From Hormiphora californensis (Eukaryota; Animalia; Ctenophora): a DNA stretch of 64,000 bases. Below are positions 51,201 through 61,227 of the stretch, one piece after another. Numbering within the stretch: the stretch's first letter is position 1; every line of letters starts with the position of its first letter. Both the position numbers and the translations under genes were made by a program. The notes beneath the pieces were generated by a model. It was not told the DNA's origin. It did no database searches and saw only the letters and a program-made list of their open reading frames with translations. The stretch covers positions 3,844,001 through 3,908,000 of the forward strand of contig CM035354.1 of NCBI GenBank assembly GCA_020137815.1. Direction: 5' to 3'.

Positions 51201-54200
51201 TGAAGCTTCGCGCGCCGCTAGTCAGTTTGCTCGCGCGGTTGTGTTTTAGCGCGTGACAGGGACGGCAGTCTTGCTTTCCGGAGATATTTCCCGTGGTAAA
51301 AGTCTGATTTTTGAAGATGTCACCCCCTGGGTGACGCGCGATGTTTTATTTGCGCGTCGTAAACATTTATGCTAGTTTTTTGGCTCTCCCACCTTAGTTT
51401 CTTGACCACGCGTGGGAGGGGAGGAGACAACTTCAAAAAAATCCGACTTTAGGCTATTAAGAGTCGTTTGTTAGGTTTGGAGTTAGAAAATTTAAAGTTT
51501 AAAATTTAAATGGATATTAAAAAGAATAGTTCATCGATTACAGTTCAACACAATGGCCAAAGGATTGTCTGTTGGTCAAGGGGGTGTTAGTCATCCATGG
51601 GATGGCTGATGTCCAACACGGATACCCCCTTGACCAACATTCCACTAGCATCTTTGAGTTGGAACGGTTTGAGTCCAGGGTCCTTGGTCTTGGGGCTTGA
51701 GGTTCCAGTCTGTCCCTGTGGTGAGGATGTGTTGTTAGGGGATGGTTTGGGAGAAAACCAGATTTTCTCAGACGTGTGAAATGTTATTTGGGTAAAGTGA
51801 CTGGTTCTCAGCCAATCGGTAAGTAATATTTCCTGGTTCGGTCGGTTGCTAATTACATAAGTCTAGTTATAGTACCTGCTTCTTGTCCTTGTTCTTGTTC
51901 CTCTTATCCTTTTCTTGTCTGAGTTGGTTCTGTGCTTCTTGTAGTGCTGCTTGTTGTTGCTGGAGTTGCTCCGCCTGTTGCTGCATCAATAGTTGCTGCT
52001 GTGTGATGAATTCTTGCTGCTCCATCTGTTGTCGGGCCAGAGTTTGTATCTCCTGTTGTTGTGCTAACAGAGCCTGTAGGTGGAGTTGTTAGCCTTGCTG
52101 TAGGAGGGGTTAGTTGGGTGGGGTGTGGAGATGGGGGTGGAGGTTATGGGGGGGGGGGGGATGATGGTGTGTATTGTTGAGTTGTACCTGGTTTGTGTTG
52201 GCGTTCTGGTCTAGCATCTGTTGGTTAGCTTGGTCATTCTGGTCCATACGTTCATCCGCTGGTTCATTGTTACCGGGTACTATTCCATTACCTGGTACTA
52301 CTCCGTGTCCGGGTACAGCTCCATGTCCAGGTACAGCTCCGTTTCCTGGTGTCATTCCGTTGACTCCAGCAACATTTCGGTTTCGGTTCTGTATGGGGGG
52401 AGGGGTTGTTAGTAGGGATTGTTATACTTCATCTTCATAATTTGATAGTTAGAGGGGGGAGTGGTAATTTGTTTACCAGTCTTATATAAGTTAGGGGGTG
52501 GGGGTTGGTAGTGGATTTGTACTGAATTCGGTAGTTTTGAAGGAAGGGATTATGGGAGGAGGGGAGGTGTATTTCACTTGCCTGTCTTATGTAGGGAGGT
52601 GGGGGCCTAGCTGTTCCCTCTCGTCTTCTTACATTGACTATTCTGAAACCAGGAACTGGTACGATCAAATCTTGCGCTATATCTCCCATTACATAGAGTA
52701 GATGATGGCCCTTTACACTGAGTTGGACTGGAGGTCTGGTCAGAATTGCAGGTTCTAACCACCCGAGAATCCTGGACATTGTCTCCCTCGATTGTAAATG
52801 ATTAAATGTATCAACGACCCGTAGCGAGTGGGTATGGAGGTCATCCTCTTCACATACGTATTGAGCAGGTACACCTGGAATGTTATCTGCAGTCAACATC
52901 AGCGATCTGCCTCGGTAGTCCCGGTTCGTTAACAAGGGAATGTTTTGTTGCAGGAGGAAAGTCTCCAGATCCTTAAAATCCGCGTCTTCAAGCGCCAGCA
53001 TCTCGGTACTATAAATCCTAAGTTGGCGGCCTCTCGGGGCACGCATTATCTTCTGTTGTGGGGTCAGTCTCCTTGCCATGGTTGCTACATGAGAGAATAT
53101 TGGTTATTTGCTGCTGTCGATAGGGGTGTGAGGGTGGTGGGTTGGGTGTAGAGGGGGTGAGAAGGGAGGGGCGGCGTAATTACAAGTGGTATTTGGATAA
53201 TAAGGGACGAGGGGAAGGGGATACTGATATTACACTACTACAGTTGTGTTGGAATGGGGGCAGTAGAGAGCAATATTATTAACAATGTCAGATTTTGAGG
53301 GAGGGAGGCTAAGGGTGATGCGTTGCAATTATACTATCAAGAGCTTAGGATATTGACAATTGAGACTTGAGATGATGGGGAGAGAGGTAAGACTGGTGTC
53401 ATCTAATTAGCGGCAGTCGAGAATTGAGATATTATTATACTACAGCATTTAGGAGTTGTGAGGCTACAATATTGCTAACAACATTAGTGAAATGCGATAG
53501 TTGTAGAGGAATACTGTTGCTGCAGTGACTATAGTGGTATGCTATAGAGGAACAACTGTACTACTGTCAACAGGCAATGAAAGAGGAGGTCAGGGAAGAG
53601 CGGCGTAACTGCAGGCTACGTTTGAGAAATGAGGTGATGAGAGAGAGAAAGAGATTGCGCGCGCGCTGTTTGTTGGTTAGTGGAGTTGTGTATCTGTTGT
53701 AGTCGGCGCAGCTGTCGGTACTCGCGCGTTACGTCTTTGGTTTGGGTCTGTATAGAGTGCGGGGTAAAGGTCGGTTGGAAGAAGGAGAAGGGGGGGTTGT
53801 TGTAAGTGTGTAGATCGTGGTGTCGACGGCGAGCCGTTATCGTCGGTAATACCGAAGGTCGGATAGGTCCGAAGGTTGGGGGGTGAAGAAGATTGGTTGG
53901 CTCTCAGTCAAGACTGAGAGCCTTAAGCCACTGCGCCGCGGCAAGGCTCTTCTTCGTGCAGTGGTCCTGTACTAGATAATCAATAGTTGTGATTGAAAAA
54001 TTCGTTTCCAGTTTCCATTAAAAATAGTTTCGTACAACGAGCTTGGAGTCAGTTCAGTCGCGGCTGCACTTCTTGTGTATTCCATTACCACCATGGACGA
54101 TTTAGTATTCCCCAATGTAACACCGCCCTCCCCCTTCCAGCCACTAGATATCGATGAAGTGTTCCCTGATCAAGGGCCCGTTTCTGGGGGCACCAGGATC

Positions 54201-57200
54201 AAGGTGAATGGAACACGGCTCTGTGTCCACGAACAAACCGGAGTTACAATCAACGGGAAAACGTGCACCAACGTCACGTGAGTAAACCAGATCAGGAGAA
54301 TTTAAATTGAGAGAGTGAAACTGTTAGCTGCAGCTTTTTACTCCTACCCAGTATCCATGGTAACCCCCATGGTAACCCCCATGGTATCCCCCATGGCTAA
54401 CCCCATGGTAACCTCATGGTAACCAAAAGCTATGTTAACACCCCCATTGTTCAGGTGTAACACCGCTACTCAGGAGCTGCACTGCACAACCCCAGCTAAC
54501 CCGATGGGAACACCCCGACAACCAATTGCAGTCTCCCTGGGAGGGGCTACAGTGGAGAAGGATGTCTTCCAGTACGGAGCAGATCCAGTTGTTACTAAGG
54601 TCACACCCAACTGTACTCTTGCACAAGGTAAGTAGTTCAAAACAACCCTTTACTACTACTTCGAAACTGATACCATCGCGCTTTAAAACTATATTTTATC
54701 TCCTCCCCAAGTAAAGTGGAACGAATTTAACACATCCCCCCTCTCTCACTAAAGAAACATCCCTCCCCTCTCCCAGGTGGAACCAATATCACGGTAACGG
54801 GCAAGGATTTCTACCGTATCCAGAATCCCAGACTGGTCCTAACAGATGAAACATGCTCTGATCCTGGGATTGTGATGGTTCCTGCAATGGTTAAATCAAA
54901 TGAACGGTTGATATTCACCATCCCCCAAGACACGACCCGCACCAAACTAGGATTCAAAATGGACAATGTGAGTTTGGCAGCAAGTCAGAGGGGGAGGGGG
55001 TGCAGGAATCGTCTGTGAATACCATGTATTTTACTGTTTATTGATATTCATTTCTCCATTCCAATGCCTTGTTTTAGGTTGAGTCAGTGTGTGAGACAAA
55101 CAAACTATGGGCCTTAGAAGTTCTCCCACGACCGACTGTGATCACCTCTGCCTTTATGGACGGCACCAACAAGTCCATGAGATGCTTTATTGGGGAGAAT
55201 TGCACCATCTCTGTTCAGATGACACAAATACACAGGTAAAGTGATCCAGTTACCATGGTTACCGTCAGTTTGATGCCGTTACCATGGTTACCGTGTTAAC
55301 CGTGGATTTTGGGTGTTTCAGGGAATTGGACTTGCTCCAAAAAATGTGAAACCCAAGTTGTGTGAACAGAATCTGTCAGCACAAGTTTTTCACTTTCACA
55401 ACGTCCTGTGTAACCCTACCCTTTCTCTCCACAGGCTGCCAGATCAAGTGACGGTTCTGATAGGTAGCTCAGCTCTCTGTGCCAACATGTCCATTACACA
55501 GATGCAGACTGACCCTGCGGAGGGGATCTTGTACGCTTTCGGACAACTCAAGTGTTCCTCTCCATCTCTTGATAAAGTGAAAGGTATATTGATCGTTGTC
55601 TAGCCCCCCCCTCCCCCTCCCCCCGATCACCGGAACCCCGACTTACCGGGCGAATAAATTTGGCCCCAATTTGGGCAAATCGGGGTTCAACTGTATGCAT
55701 GTTATCATCCAATCATTCATCCTCAATATTCCAGGTAGTGTATATCAGCTAGGAGGCCGGACTAAGAGGGCCCTGTTGGGGGACCAGGAGACGGACAAGT
55801 TCTCTGTGGTGGTCCAGATAGGACACTATGAGGAGGAGCTGGGTACCATCGTGTTCGTAGAACGGGGCTTCAAGTGGATCTACGCGTACATTGCTGCAGG
55901 TATTGTAATTGTTCAGCAGTATTTTCCAATCTCTTCTTCGTATAGTATCCTTCATTCCCCCATCCCTCCCCCTAGAGGTTCTTAACTCCAACGGTCCAAC
56001 ACCAACACATTACAACACATTTCTACCTATTCGACACCCCCTCCCTTCTACAGGTGCTATTGGTATGGTGTTGATGGTGTTTATGCTGGTGATCGTAGTG
56101 AAAACAAGGAACGAGCAACACAAGAGGAGCCTTCTTCAGCAGAACCATGAGAAAGAACTAACAGCCATTGAAGTGCGATGGCAGGGAGAGGCAAAGAAAC
56201 GTAATTAGACTCAGTCATAAAAGCGAAACTCGCCATGAAACTTTCTTCTTTAATATCCAGTATATCCCCTATTTTCACCACGAATTAACTCTCCCTTTGA
56301 ATGAATTACTAGTGATTAGAATTCCTCACTTACTTTTTACTTTCCCTTGTTAAGTACCTAATCCACCCCTAACTCCCCATCCCTAACTCCCCACCCCCTC
56401 CCCACACAGAGTTTGTTATGAACATGATAGACCGAGATGAGGGATTAGAAAGTTTCAAAGTGGATCCTCGAGATATCCCATTCAGAGTGTTTAGAGACTA
56501 CCTAATCCACTGTATCTTCCCAAGTGTTGATACACGGAAAATACTCAATAACTTACAGGTAAGTTGACTAATTTTATGCTCTCATTTCTTCCCTGTTCTG
56601 AGCACAAAATTGAGTTTATTTTTCTTTTATTTTTCCTTTATTTATAGTAAGGGAATTAAGGGCCGTGAATGGGAAAAAATTCGCAACAAGCTAATTCCTT
56701 CACCAATGTGTCCCTAAGGGTCTCCACTAAGCCCCCAGAAAAGTGTAACACGCTGCCGGGTGTGCAACATGGTCATTTCCGGGTAGGCGTGGTACCTGTA
56801 TTTTCAGCCTGTAGCCAAAAACATAAATCCTCTTAGAATAGGAGTAGAGACAAAATCAAGGACACTAAAATGTTCAGCGTCCTCGCATTAGTGGGGGTAG
56901 GTGCTGGAATTAAGTCTCTATCTCATCTGGTTAATTAGATAATTGGATAATTAGGTTTGCGCATAACCGTTTTTTGGCTGTATGGCTATAGCCACTTAGG
57001 AATGGTTTAGAGATTTTTCATACATGCCATTTTGTTCAGAAAAAAATTTTAAACTAAGAATTGTGTAAAAATTTAGGGCCTATCTCGTACCGTTTTGGCG
57101 TTATTTGCGGTCAAAGTAGGCCAATTAACTCATTATTGGGCATTTTCGGCTGATTTGGCCTACTTTGACAGCTAATAACGCCAAAACGGTAAGAGATAGG

Positions 57201-58306
57201 CCCTTAATTTTTGCACAACTCTTAGTTTAAAATTTTTTTCTGAACAAAATGGCATGTATGAAAAGTCTCTAAACCATTCCTAAGTGGCTATAGCCATACA
57301 GCCAAAAAACGGTTATGCGCAAACCTAATTATCCAATTATCTAATTAACCAGATGAGATAGAGACTTAATTCCAGCACCTACCCCCACTAATGCGAGGAC
57401 GCTGAACATTTTAGTGTCCTTGATTTCGTCTCTACTCCTTTTCTAAAGGTATTTACGTTTTTAGTCTTAGCCTCAAAACACAGGTACCACGCCTACCCGG
57501 AAATGACCATGTTGCACCCCCGGCAGAGTGGTACACTTTTCTGGGGGCTTAGTGGAGACCCTTAGAGACACATTGGTGAAGGAATTAGCTTGTTGCGAAT
57601 TTTTTCCCAATCAGGGCCGAAATCTGCCTATAATTCCCTTACTATTACCCCAGTAAATGGCGATAGTTCAAGATGTTAATCCCTTTCTATTTCCTCAGCT
57701 CGAGCACACAGAATATCCAGATGAGCAACTGGGCCGGTTCAAACAGTTTTTGAACGATGAGCATTTCGTTCAGACATTCATCTCTGTGATAGAAGCTCAA
57801 CGTGATTTCCTGGTACGTTGAACAATATCCTAGTTACAACTTTAGTTACCTTGTCAGACACTGACTGTACAGTGTACACCGCACAACCTCGGCCCGGTGC
57901 GAAGTGGACGGTCTTATATGATACAATAGTTACCATGGTTACTATAATTCTAGTTACCTTGGTAACCATGACAATTCCGTAGGTGCCCCAGCGGTGTGAC
58001 GTGGCTAGTTACCTAACGATAGCACTCTACAGTGATTTCAATTACCTCTCCAGAATCCTCTTCCTCCTACTCGACAAGTAAGGGATCTTTTTTGATATTT
58101 TGATATTTTCCTTCTGGGAACGGTCGGTAATTTTCTATGAGTGAATTTATGTGAATCATTCTTGAATTGTATATGAATCAAACATTTAATCCCTCATTAT
58201 TTCCCAGAGTGATTGATACGGATATCCAGAAGAATGCCAAGCTACTGCTGAGACAAACTAAATCTGTTGCGGAGAAACTCCTTACTAACTGGCTCTCTCT
58301 CGCACT
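33420..58306 (+). CDS. Plexin (signal peptide, divergent Sema, 3 PSI, IPT/TIG repeats, TM, start of RasGAP domain); about 23 exons, 3' end beyond the window
   Basis: PSI motifs CDECHGLNDPHCGWC (34847-34949), CGACS..CTWCP (42665-42767), CVTCL..CRFC (45138-45329); IPT P..GP.SGGT.I.V.G..L; TM WIYAYIAA|GAIGMVLMVFMLVIVV; cytoplasmic PFRVFRDY..CIFP, F..TFI.VIE.Q.DF, VASYLTIAL, KLLLRQTKSVAEKLLTNWLS. Confidence 0.9.
46526..50845 (-). CDS. LINE ORF2: AP endonuclease, reverse transcriptase, RNase H, CCHC finger (1439 aa, uninterrupted)
   Basis: CEPY, SDTNAHS, IIDLT, SDHKY; KAPGPD, YRTITL, QFGFR, FLDVEGAFD, GVAQGGILSP, AFADD, KFLGV; YTDGS, STVFQAE, SDS, WVKAH.GI.GNE.AD; CSLC..E..KHLICEC. Confidence 0.97.
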   Translation of the reverse strand: MPKSNVKALEPRIGPSATTKQSSPIPNLTQLHDNLIDNQATIPKINDHDTAQRTGIRATNKPSGKVSSNNSHLISSSPIKRKRTRNDNFTCRAKCRKVMTNSPTVPTTKKRQTPDSKRTSNKAKKGKTMTATSNTNQMTKPHLPKQTTKNNLITNYFKSTKDISTNNTRSQPIATSTAEMKLNKRINRTNATSPIFTTQINHARTEEEAKEKTDDHLVPISMIYTNQQHKKAALTTLSANIINNHAPIIFICEPYCDKNKKIPNIHKDIAIIKPETTEHNPRVAIALHKNHSSKAITLHEFTTRDSIAIQINRRQQKIILAAIYMDGDEDTLQYINIIHKLAKYAKKQHASLIINSDTNAHSTIWGDKKTDKRGDEIQISLANNNLSLMNTGNKATFENSRLQKSIIDLTITNEQGRELICNWTVSQEFTNSDHKYLRAKLKVMTNKFQKTKTDKNTDWPKFKQILAEDKDLETIINNPPTNKSEMDRASEVINEKIKKAWDLTTEYTYSTNKIKPPPWYNKEIRAQINKTKKKLKKHRKNKTLQTQQELQNANNILNRLQRTHKKEAWEKFTENIANTPAISRLNKICKNRDNSSRNLDCIYRADDSITTNAKETLEIMRDRHFGSTTIDNISQIQTAEERDTLKFELTEVKDAINSMKPNKAPGPDKITANMLQNAIDTVAEPLLKLFQCSYDIGQTPNNWKTSKGIFLPKPGKDDYNNPKAYRTITLAPIILKIQERLIYWNLEKNKIDSQLNDKQFGFRKSNSTEAALHKIVHKIEKRMKRKQFALGVFLDVEGAFDKISFEAIQRGLINKGINTKTINWIMDMTTTRSLYVEHKNENITFQIKRGVAQGGILSPLIWNIVLDSLLQSTAKDTPAYLQAFADDLISLAEGDDIEIIRHRTQTTLNHINNWCKDQGLSLSAIKTTMIMFTTKRKWALKPIFIEGTEIKLSTTTKFLGVTIDNRLNFNKHIDNITKKAKRNLMRANIAIGPTWGLSPKVAIWLYRQTIRPLITYAAPIWINAIYKQHNAKKLRAVQRLALRIATGAFPNTAGADLNIITNTTDIIHHVEKTATETTGRLKANGKWTKEKGMLTNYTHAHTCNRLWEELELPVRPLDKTTKETLMKNYETTIDWETGTLDEEDRNALTVYTDGSKNEANQTGLGAHSKSTVLTQEIDISERLPNYSTVFQAEVTAIKRAAEELNNNGTRNHHIHIRSDSAASISALSKLTSDSLTIKECNAELNQLAQNNTVKIKWVKAHIGIQGNEIADQLAKEGCSKSISETRQIPIPHSYIKNSTAKIAKTKTMNQFLINGGKHTRTIVTNESTWNSLSKKMTLYANQRKKYRTILHLITNIGPFNYYLKKIGKSNTDICSLCSKTKENAKHLICECEILETERMRLSGKTSYKDLGKTIIYHTTVAIKLIEKANKLKNHLSQGD
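51587..53079 (-). CDS. Putative spliced LINE ORF1 (341 aa): exons 53079-52582, 52388-52188, 52073-51876, 51715-51587
   Basis: Three phase-0 introns with CTAAC branch points and C-rich tracts ending in CAG; donors CAG|GCAAGT (or in-frame GT at 52476), CAG|GTACAA, CAG|GTACTA; exon lengths 498, 201, 198 and 129 nt join into one open frame. Confidence 0.7.
53885..53964 (-). ncRNA. HDV-like self-cleaving ribozyme fold at the 5' end of the LINE
   Basis: P1 CCACUGC/GCAGUGG; P2 GAAGAAGA/UCUUCUUC; P3 GCC/GGC; L3 UUGCCGC; single G-C P1.1 pair; P4 GGCUCUCAGUC/GACUGAGAGCC; J4/2 C-C-A-A. Confidence 0.8.
56645..57644. mobile_element. 1.0-kb palindromic non-autonomous element, Academ-like
   Basis: TAGTAAGGGAATTA..TAATTCCCTTACTA termini; ~480-bp arms; 3-bp TSD TTA. 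Confidence 0.8.
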
Positions 58307-58714
58307 GTAAGTAAAACTGTGGTAGTCAGTAGATTGGTAGGATGTTAGGGGGGAGGGGGGGGGGGGTTACCATGATGAGTAGACTGGAGTCAGTTGTCTA
58401 TTAGAAAAAGTAGGAATCCTTCAATAGCTCGTCCATATATATTACTGCACCAAGATGAGTAGAGAGAAAATGTAGAACGCAGGAAAAGATCTCAGTTATG
58501 GTTTGGGAAAGTAAAATAAATCAAGCAATTCATCATCACACTTTAGAGCTTCATTCTAAAACATAAACTTTCCAGGAACTTATACGTCATGCTATCTAAT
58601 AATCATAATATTACATGCCATCTAATAATCGTAATATTACTCAGTCTTAAAACGCTAAAAATTGTTCTCTTTCGCTTTCCCACCACCATTGTCCCTATTA
58701 GTGTTCCTAGTCAC

Positions 58715-58865
58715 ACAGACTCCTTCCCTTAGTTAATCCATAGTAACAGACTCTCATCGCTTAGTTAATCCATAGTAACCGACTCTCCTCGCTTAGTTAC
58801 TCCATGACAACAGGATCTCCTCTCTCTCTCTCTCTTGCTTAGTTACTCCATAGTAACCGACTCCC
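58715..58865. repeat. ~31-bp tandem repeat overlapping the stop codon and 3'UTR of the thyroglobulin-repeat gene
   Basis: gactc..cttagtta(a/c)tccatagtaac, 4 units. Confidence 0.75.
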
Positions 58866-61101
58866 CATTGTTGAGTTGTTCACACAGCTCTCCAGTGACA
58901 TCCCAATTTGGCCCATAGAGTACCCTCCCGGAGGTGACATCCACACACCAGCATCTCTCTTCATCACACTGAACAGGCAGGAACTTATCCTTGTCATCTT
59001 CCTGACACACCGTCATATCCTGAAATTTGGGTGGTTACCATGGTGATAAAATATCCTGTATTTGGGTGGAGTGGTGGTTACCATGGTGATATTTGCTGAA
59101 TTTGAAGTGGTTACCATGGTGACACGAGAGTTGTGGTAGTCATGGTAACGACTAACTAGTTATTATTGGTTACTGCACTGACCTCAATACCAGCGTGTGC
59201 GGTCCTCATCTGGTGACTGAGACACCCCGTACATGACGTCAGACCCTTACTGGCCAGCGTAGTTGGTTCTCCTGTGTCTTTATCTACACACCAGCAGGCT
59301 GACTGGGTGTCAGCACTTAGTTGTCCGCTACACTGAACCTCCTCCCAGTCACCCACGTTGGTACACGTCGGCACCGTTATCTGCTCCACCATGGCACCTG
59401 GAATGTGGTTACCATGGTTACTGGGAGTGGGTGGTTACTGGTTACCATGGTTACTGGGAGTGGTTACCGTTATAGATGGGGGAGTGTAATAGTTTAACTT
59501 TAATTTCCATGGTTATCACTTACTACCTGCTAAGATGAACTCATAATATGTCTTGAATTGTGCTTCCCTCGTCTCTCGACATCGATTCCACGCGGAGAAC
59601 CTCTTGTTCCTACCCCCTTCCTTGCAGTTTTCTATCAGACCTGTCTTGTGATCCACACACCAACACACGTCTGGAGAGAGAGAGGGAGATTTGTTATGTT
59701 CATAACCTTCTTTACAATATTTGTCGTTCAAGGCAAGGGGAGATATCGTCGAGGAATAATATTATTACAGGCAGGCAAGATAAAAAGTGATGGGTGACTC
59801 AATGATGCAATGAGATAGCCGGAAAACTCCTCTTTATTATGATCTCAACTCGAGGAAGAATTCTCTGTGTAATTATTACCCCCCTCTAATATGATCAACT
59901 CCTAATATTCCCCGCTACCCACCCTGTATACACTGGTGTGTCTGAAAGTATCCCTGTTGGTCACACTGAAGGTGAATCCTCACATCGGCGGGTCTACCCG
60001 AGATGGCCAGGTAGTTGTCGTAGTAGTCGTTAGTTAGGGACTCCAGAAGAGAGCACTTGGGTATGGGGTAGTCAACTATAGTCGCACAATTCACCTGGAA
60101 TTTGGGAGTAAAATGCTGAAAACATGGGGTATAAAACTTTTGAGGGACTCTGCTAGCTAGAGAACAGAAAGCCCTGTAAAACCCACCCCTAATTTACCTC
60201 ATTGGCATGTGTAGGATGGGTCAGGGGATCCCCAGAGACTGGATCAACACACCAACACGCCTCAAAGTACCCCTGCCAGCACTGCTTCAGATCAAACAAA
60301 TCAGAGTCTTCGTCCTGCGAGGAAATATTTGCAAAAAGTTTACGGTAAAACAAGATGTTCTAAATTCCTTTTTTCTAACCGTTCATCCCCCCTTTTTAGT
60401 GTGCGGAACATAAAATAGTCGATGTTTGTCAAGATAGAACGGCTGGTTTGGTTGTAAAGCACCAGCCCGGCCCTGACAATTGACATTGTCCCCATCTCTA
60501 CAATACCTGACAGTCAGGGATGTAGATATTGTTAATCCTAGCCCTGGACTCCTCAGCCCTCTGGATGTTCTGAAGTGCAACTAACTGTTTAGCCAGACAC
60601 CCTGTACAGGATACCAACCGATCCGAACTAATGGAGATCTCCTCGCCTGAAAGAGATACATTAGGGGCTAGGAGCGGGTTTTGTAGGGAGATGATGTCGA
60701 GCAAGGCAAGGCAAGGAGGGGGCAAGGCAAGGAGGGGGGTAAATTCTACACCAAGTTTGTTTAGGAATGCAGCTGATGTTTCCTAACCTGTTGTCTCGTC
60801 CACGCACCACCTTTGATTGGCACTGTCAACCTGAAGTGCCTGCCAGGTATCTCCGTCACACTGGGGCACGTAGAAGTATTCCAACAAATCGTCCTTTATC
60901 CTCTCACTATATTCCCGCTCTGCCTTTGCCTGAAGAAATCGTTATCAAGTGGTCGTTAGCACAGCTTGTATTCACCATCATAATTCCCAAAGTAACTATG
61001 GTAACTATGGTAACCAAATGGTAACGTACCTGTTCCTGCTGGCATGACCTTCCGGCAGCGGATACAGTAAGAAGTAGTAGAGATATGCAAACAGCAAACA
61101 T
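58843..61101 (-). CDS. Nested gene: secreted protein with 5 thyroglobulin type-1 repeats (thyropin/equistatin-like), about 8 exons
   Basis: Signal peptide MFAVCISLLLLTVSAA; five (C)WCVD motifs with P.C and QC motifs; GT-AG exons at about 61101-61030, 60930-60788, 60648-60508, 60320-60198, 60096-59923, 59670-59527, 59397-59182, 59020-58843. Confidence 0.85.
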
Positions 61102-61227
61102 CAACAAAAGAAAATAGAAATGCTGTGATCGCCTCTTTCCTTTTCTCGTAGGAAGAAAAATGAATATACGGGCGAGCTGTGTTCTGTAATTTGATTCACT
61201 CCATGTTCTGCTATGGAAGTTCTTTAT

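Larger units (their letters stand above)
46294..53964 (-). mobile_element. Full-length non-LTR retrotransposon (APE-RT-RNaseH type; LOA/Lian-like, I/R1 group), 7.67 kb, antisense in a plexin intron
   Basis: TSD TCCTGTACTAGAT at 46281-46293 and 53965-53977 (15 bp with 2-nt 5' microhomology); (TAGA)n 3' tail; intact ORF2; structured 5' end. Confidence 0.95.

Noticed and set aside
46767-51249. Plus-strand hydrophobic ORFs up to 247 aa
   Set aside because: Antisense shadows of the A-rich ORF2.
53905-53950. tRNA/SINE-like A-box (GGCGCAGTGGCTTAAGGC) at the LINE 5' end
   Set aside because: No B-box or T-arm; the same bases are better explained as P3'/P1' of the HDV-like fold.
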